From NCBI GenBank assembly GCA_963662545.2, contig CAXXLL010000003.1, positions 2,240,001 through 2,304,000 on the forward strand: DNA of 64,000 nucleotides, in the 5' to 3' direction. Each line of letters begins with the position of its first letter. Position 1 is the stretch's first letter. Origin of the DNA: Gammaproteobacteria bacterium (GTDB lineage: Bacteria > Pseudomonadota > Gammaproteobacteria > Ga0077536). Positions 58,610-64,000 of this stretch are shown here, piece by piece. Below the pieces are notes generated by a model. That model had not been told where the DNA came from. It made no database searches and worked only from the letters and a program-made list of their open reading frames with translations. The translations under genes were made by a program, and so were the position numbers.

Positions 58610-59281
58610 TCACCCAAGTTCGGCCATCACACGCTCGATCAGCTTCCCGCGGAATCCGCGCTTGGTCGCTGCAAACGCAGCAGCATCGAGCGCTGTCATG
58701 GCGCGCGCCTTGTCGATCGCACACGTTCTGATGGCCTCCGCTTGCACCACGGCGTCGAGGAAGCCTGCCTCGATCGCGGCTTGCGGTAGGTAAAGCCGCG
58801 CGCCGATGGCGGCCTCCGTCAGATGAAGCGGTGAAAGCCGCGCCTGTGCGAGTTCGATGCCGAAAAGCGGCAGGGTGAGGCCGATCGCGGTTTCATTGAG
58901 TCCAATTTTGAAATCGCCGCTGGCGCCGAACCGGTAATCGCTGGCCAACAACATAAAAGCCCCGAGGGCAATAGCATGGCCTGTCGCCGCAGTCACCAGC
59001 GGCTGGGGATGCCCGTAGAGGCGCATGATGGTGCTGACACCGCGGTGGAGCAGACGCTTTAATTCCGCTTCGTCACCGCCGTTGATGACCTTGAGGTCGA
59101 AACCGCCGCTCAGGATCCCGGGGCGACCCAGCAGCACGACCGCCTGCGACTCCGCAAGCGCACGGTCGAGCGCGTCATTGATCGCGTCAAGCATCTCGAA
59201 TCCGGCCGCGTTGACCTTGCCGTCGTCGAGCGCGATAACAGCAACGGTGTCCTCGACCTCGAAAGTCAGTTTGCCCTTCAT
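58610..59281 (-). CDS. Crotonase/enoyl-CoA hydratase family protein
   Basis: DDGKVNA, SGGFDL, GHAIALG, GLNETAIG. Confidence 0.9.
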   Translation of the reverse strand: MKGKLTFEVEDTVAVIALDDGKVNAAGFEMLDAINDALDRALAESQAVVLLGRPGILSGGFDLKVINGGDEAELKRLLHRGVSTIMRLYGHPQPLVTAATGHAIALGAFMLLASDYRFGASGDFKIGLNETAIGLTLPLFGIELAQARLSPLHLTEAAIGARLYLPQAAIEAGFLDAVVQAEAIRTCAIDKARAMTALDAAAFAATKRGFRGKLIERVMAELG

Positions 59282-59567
59282 GAGAATACTCCATGCCGCC
59301 AATGGCGATAGTGAGTTAAGTCAAAACGCTTAGGCCGAATCAACGAAATTTCGTCGGCCGTGGCCGAATTCCACCAGGCGCGACTATCGAAAAATAACAT
59401 TCACGGCACCCGATGCAAGAACGGCTTCCGCGAAAATTACGGCGCTTCGGTGAATAGAGCAAAGCCCAGGACCTTCTTGCATCGAACACCGGGCCGTGGT
59501 TTGGGCGAGCGATTGGATACCGACGCTCGCTGGTGCAGCGCGCTATCATCGGACGCGGAGTGATTTA

Positions 59568-60983
59568 ATGACCGAACAAGACACGCGTACGGCGATAATC
59601 CGTTCCTCGATTCTCCACAACCGATGGCCCGGTGTCCCGCCGCGCCAGGGTTTAGGCGTGCTTGCGATCCTGTTCCAGCTCGAACACTCGCAGTGGTGGC
59701 CGGCCGAAGTGCTACAGGCGCGCCAGTTCCTTCAGCTCGATTCCTTGCTGGGCTTCGCCTGCAAATCGGTGCCGTACTACCGGGAGCGCTTTGCCAGGAT
59801 CGGCTGGCAAGCGGGCGAACCGCTGACGAGCGAGATCTGGTCTGAGCTGCCGCTGTTGCGACGTTCGGACATCGAAGAACACGCCCGGGATCTGCTCGCC
59901 GGATCGATGACTGCGCACGGCAAGACCATCGTAAAGCACACCTCTGGGTCGTCGGGCCGCCCTATCGCGGTGACGCGAACCGAACTCGCGGGCCTCTTCT
60001 GGAGCGCACTCACGCTCCGCGATCACCTGTGGCATCGTCGCGACTTTTCGGCCGGACTGGTCACCATCCGTTCGGGGCGTAACGCCACCGATCCGCTCGC
60101 CGTTCAAAACCAGGCGTCGTGGGGAACCCCCGCGGGCCTCATTTACGACACCGGACCCATGACCTTGTTTTATCATAGGATGCCGCTCGCACGGCAAGCG
60201 GAGATCTTGTGCGCGCGAAACCCGCGTTACCTGCTCGCCTATCCGAGCAACGTGCTCGAGCTTGCCGATTACTTCCGCGCAAAGGGTTTGAGCCTGCCCG
60301 CGCTCACCGAGGTCCGTACCTACGGCGAACCGGTCGACGAGGACGTGCGGGACGAATGCCGGAATGTCTGGGGCGTGCCGGTCACCGATATGTATAGCTG
60401 CGAGGAAGTGGGATATCTCGCGCTGCAGTGTCCCGAGCATCAACATTATCACGTGCAGTCCGAGGCCGTGCTGGTCGAGATCCTGGACGAATTCAACCAG
60501 GCGTGCGCGCCGGGGCAGATCGGCCGGGTGGTGGTCACTTCGCTGCACGATTTCGCGATGCCGCTCATCCGCTACGAGATAGGCGATTACGCCGAAGCGG
60601 CGTCCCCGTGCGACTGCGGCCGCGGTCTGCCCGTGGTCACGCGGGTGCCAGGGCGGCGCCGCAATCTGGCGGCACTGCCCGATGGCCGTTGTTTCGTGCC
60701 CGAGGTGCGAAAGGCAAGCTGGACTTCGATCGGCCGCATCGAGCGCTTGCAGCTCGTGCAGAAGCTAATCGGACAAATCGAAATCAACGTCGCCGCTGCC
60801 TCACCCCTAACCGAAGTCGAGCGGCGGGCACTGATTGCGGCGATCGGGGCGGATTTGCGCCATCCCTTCGAACTCTCGATCACTGAGCTCGACGAGATCC
60901 CGCGTCACGACAATGGTAAATTGGAATCGTTCGTCTCAGAAATTTCGTGGCCCGACGATGCACCGCCCCGCATCGTTGCGTAG
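59568..60983 (+). CDS. Phenylacetate-CoA ligase (PaaK/CapK-like) family protein
   Basis: TSGSSG, YSCEE, MPLIRYEIGD, CDCGRGLP. Confidence 0.88.
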   Translation: MTEQDTRTAIIRSSILHNRWPGVPPRQGLGVLAILFQLEHSQWWPAEVLQARQFLQLDSLLGFACKSVPYYRERFARIGWQAGEPLTSEIWSELPLLRRSDIEEHARDLLAGSMTAHGKTIVKHTSGSSGRPIAVTRTELAGLFWSALTLRDHLWHRRDFSAGLVTIRSGRNATDPLAVQNQASWGTPAGLIYDTGPMTLFYHRMPLARQAEILCARNPRYLLAYPSNVLELADYFRAKGLSLPALTEVRTYGEPVDEDVRDECRNVWGVPVTDMYSCEEVGYLALQCPEHQHYHVQSEAVLVEILDEFNQACAPGQIGRVVVTSLHDFAMPLIRYEIGDYAEAASPCDCGRGLPVVTRVPGRRRNLAALPDGRCFVPEVRKASWTSIGRIERLQLVQKLIGQIEINVAAASPLTEVERRALIAAIGADLRHPFELSITELDEIPRHDNGKLESFVSEISWPDDAPPRIVA

Positions 60984-61694
60984 CGTGCGGATCAGTGGTG
61001 CGTCTCCGTTAAAGCACCAGCCTTAAGTAGGCGATTCGGGTTGCATCCAGTGCCATTTCGTAGCAACTCAAAACTCACGGGGGCGAGTTTGCGACCAAGT
61101 GCTGCAAAGGCTGCCGCCCAGAACGCCGATTCGAACCGGCTCACACATGGCGGATCCTCTTCAGACCGCAGCGCCGACACTCGATCCGCTCAACGCTGCC
61201 ACCTTCTCCGAAGCCGAACGTCGCGTCGATGACGCGAAAGTCGTGAAAGCCCAGCCAGCAGATAAGGCGGCCGACTGCGCCTAACAACTTCGTGTAATTA
61301 GCGGGCAATGTCTCACCTCGCTGAACCTTGCGGTGTTTCTCCAGGGGCCGGAGAATCGGTCCCTAGAGAAAGGGCTGTTTGGCGGTGGGGGGAGTCTGGT
61401 GCGAACTGCTCTCCCCTGTTTACAGGGAAAATACAGGGAATATCTTTCGATTTCCGCCAGAAAATCCAGCTGTGCTTTATAAATATCCTGCGTTAATAGC
61501 GCGTTACGGCACCCTACGACAAAACGAGTCGGAAGTTAACAGGGAATTATCAGGGAATCGGAACTTTAACACTCCCTGCTAAATCAACCCGGACGAATAT
61601 TTAGGAGGGGCAGGCAATCGATACCGCTCGTACATTGATTTTGATCGGATCATGCGGCGATTATTCTTTAATCCAACTTAACTTGTTAGCACCT

Positions 61695-61739
61695 TTCAGA
61701 CTCCCATCGCCGCATGAATAGGAATTCGCCACCCACAGG
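61695..61739 (+). mobile_element. Right-end remnant of an integrase-core (IS481/IS3-like) element
   Basis: FQTPIAA* tail followed by GGAATTCGCCACCCACAGG, the exact reverse complement of 62838-62856. Confidence 0.7.
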
Positions 61740-61812
61740 TTGAATATCTCGTCCGCCTGATCTCAGGTTAAAGACTCGAACGGAGCACGCACAACAAGGA
61801 GTGCCTCCTAGC

Positions 61813-62055
61813 TCACTCGATCCAACGCATGATTTCAATCGTATAGTCTTCAGTCGGCGGTAATTTCACGACATATAATCGGCAGTTTTCTGGAACACCA
61901 AGAGTCGTCCGGCTTCCATTCCCCATGGTGAGCGGTTCATGATCTTCGAGACTCCGGCGAACCTCTATCATGCCCGACGTTGGTGTCGTCGTTACGAGTA
62001 TTTCGACGGCGTTCGCCTCGGGTGGGATCTCGGATGAAAAGTCGTGCTCTATCAT
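61813..62055 (-). CDS. Hypothetical 80-aa protein
   Basis: ORF with plausible composition in a lower-GC segment; no recognised motif. Confidence 0.45.
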   Translation of the reverse strand: MIEHDFSSEIPPEANAVEILVTTTPTSGMIEVRRSLEDHEPLTMGNGSRTTLGVPENCRLYVVKLPPTEDYTIEIMRWIE

Positions 62056-62367
62056 CCGACGATCTCTATCAGAAATGAGCGGTGGGCGTTAGCCGGCGTG
62101 CAAAAACATACCGCGTCCAGATTAGATTTTGGGTGGTCGGCTACCGTGAAACGCAGATCGAAAGATCTTGTATAGCCGTTGCCGTCGAACGGTTCGAGGG
62201 ACACGACGTAAACCACAAGCGATTCCTGGATAGATGAATAAGCGTGGATTACCGTTCCAGTATGCAGGACCGTCGTTTTGCCGACCGGTCGCGGCGCTGC
62301 ATCCAAGGATGCCGATGCGTGACTCCCTCGTGAGTACCGTTTTGCGTCGACCAATGATCCGACCGCC

Positions 62368-62837
62368 TCAGTGTTGATAGATGAAACCGCCGTAGAGGTA
62401 TTTGGTCGCCTCGGCCCCGAGTACAAGAACCCGGTGTCCCCGCTCGATTAATTCAGATCGGCGCAGTTGATCCAACGCAACCCAAATCGCTGCCGAACCG
62501 AGGTTGCCGAGCCGATCGGCCGTTACGAATATTTTTTCGACCGCAACCTTGAAATGATCACTGAACTGTTTTGCAAGGCGACCGTTGGCCTGGTGCGGCA
62601 GGATCCAATCGAATTCATCCAGCCGGTAGCCGCGTGCCGTGATCGCTTCAACGCCGCGAATGAATAATTCCCGCCCGAATTTTTTCACGTTTTCCGCGCG
62701 GTGCTGAAAGACCGGCAGTCCGTGAACGGTTCTGGGATCGGCCGATCCGCCGCCTTCAATACAGATGCCGGGATCTTTGCCGACACCGATTTGGCCGGTG
62801 AATATCTCGGAAATCTTGTGCCGCGGCGAGCCGTCAT
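62368..62837 (-). pseudogene. 3-oxoacyl-ACP synthase III (FabH-like) C-terminal fragment truncated by an IS
   Basis: LPHQAN, GNLGSAA, LGAEATK; the frame stays open up to the IS end at 62838. Confidence 0.8.
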
Positions 62838-64000
62838 CCTGTGGGTGGCGAATTCCAATTTTGAACAGAAAGAGTGCAATTTCCTAGTCTTGTCAGCGTC
62901 GCCTAGCTGGATACGATAATGGGATGCGAGAAGGGATTTTCCTGCTCATCCATCTCATGGTGACGATCGCCAAATTACTAGGTCTGGGCGGCGTCCGATC
63001 GGTGGTCGCCGAATCGCTCCTGGTCAAACACCAATTACTGATTCTCAATCGCTCGCGCGAGCGCGCGCCGAACCTGCGCCCCATGGACCGAGTCATAGCT
63101 GGACTCTGCAGCCCGGGTCGTGCGTTCTGGTCATCGTGCTAAAACCCTCCACAATCATATGAAGCGGAAATATCGATTGCTGTTTACGCCTAATGCTTGC
63201 TTCATGCGCCCAGCCCGGGTCGTGCGTTCTGGTATCGTGCTAAAACCCTCCACAATCATGAGCTTTCACCGAGCCCTCGTGAAGCGGAAATATCGATTGC
63301 TGTTTACGCCTAAACACCGTGGAAAGCCAGGTCCGAAAGGACCTTCTCCCCAGCTGATCGCCGCGATCGTTGAGATGAAACTGAGTAATCCACGCTTTGG
63401 CTGCCGGCGGATCGCCGAGCAGATTTCGTTTGTCTTCGGCGTGCAGATCGATAAGGACGTGGTGCGTCGTGTACTGGCCAAGCACTACCATCCGGGGCCG
63501 GGTTCTGGTGGTCCGAGTTGGCTGACGTTCCTCGGGCACACAAAGGACAGCCTCTGGAGCGTTGATTTATTTCGGTGCGAATCGCTGATCATAAATACCC
63601 ACTGGGTGATGGTCGTCATGGACCAATTCACTCGGCGGATTATCGGCTTCGCCGTTCATGCCGGGGTGGTCGATGGACCCGCGGCTTGCCGCATGTTCAA
63701 CGAGGCGACTGCCGGATTAGGAGCCCTACCCCGGTATCTCAGCAGTGACAACGATCCGTTGTTCGAGTTCCACCGCTGGAAGGCAAACCTGCGGATCCTC
63801 GAAGTAACGGAGATAAAGACTGTCCCATACGTACCCTTATCTCATCCGTTCGTCGAGAGATTGATCGGCACCGTTCGGCGCGAATTCCTCGATTTCGTGC
63901 CGTTCTGGAACGCCCATGATCTGCAGCAGAAGCTTCGTAATTTTCGGGAATACTACAATCGCGTGCGAGTTCACCGGGCGTTGGATGGCGCCACGCCGGA
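62838..64000 (+). mobile_element. Integrase-core (rve) transposase element, disrupted, running off the window
   Basis: Terminal TGTGGGTGGCGAATTCC; VVAESLLVKHQLL, SLWSVDLFRCE, SDNDPLF, HPFVERLIGT; scrambled duplication at about 63108-63313. Confidence 0.85.

Noticed and set aside
61378-61412. tRNA gene on the minus strand
   Set aside because: Only a 3'-end-like stretch; I could not build a cloverleaf.

Overview
GC-rich proteobacterial chromosomal window, probably Gammaproteobacteria. The left third is a carbon-storage region (phaA 3' end, phaR, GTP-dependent PEPCK, phasin with a clear promoter and operator, class III phaEC, acs) split by an ~10 kb accessory block (LLM oxidoreductase, ISNCY copy, cyclase, divergent aldoxime dehydratase, serine hydrolase, PilZ/ANTAR/histidine kinase). 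The middle holds catabolic and signalling genes (HAL2-type PAP phosphatase, Dke1 dioxygenase, PAS-GGDEF-EAL, BVMO, amidase, P450, flavin monooxygenase, DUF1445, DUF1501/DUF1800). The best candidate for an undescribed system is at 39.3-55.9 kb: a Ser/Thr-rich autotransporter built of ~24-aa repeats, transcribed divergently from a run of TPR-sulfotransferases, TPR-GT9 glycosyltransferases, a third sulfotransferase, two more glycosyltransferases, a lipoprotein esterase and an AMP-ligase/GNAT/ACP module. This suggests a surface-protein glycosylation, sulfation and acylation system, which is inference only. The window also carries two ISNCY copies with 6-bp target duplications, several MITE families, REP-like repeats, short diverged copies of nearby genes, a halohydrin dehalogenase and a decayed IS region at the right end. 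Some frameshifts may be assembly errors. No rRNA, tRNA or CRISPR array was seen. All product calls come from motif recognition by eye, not database searches.
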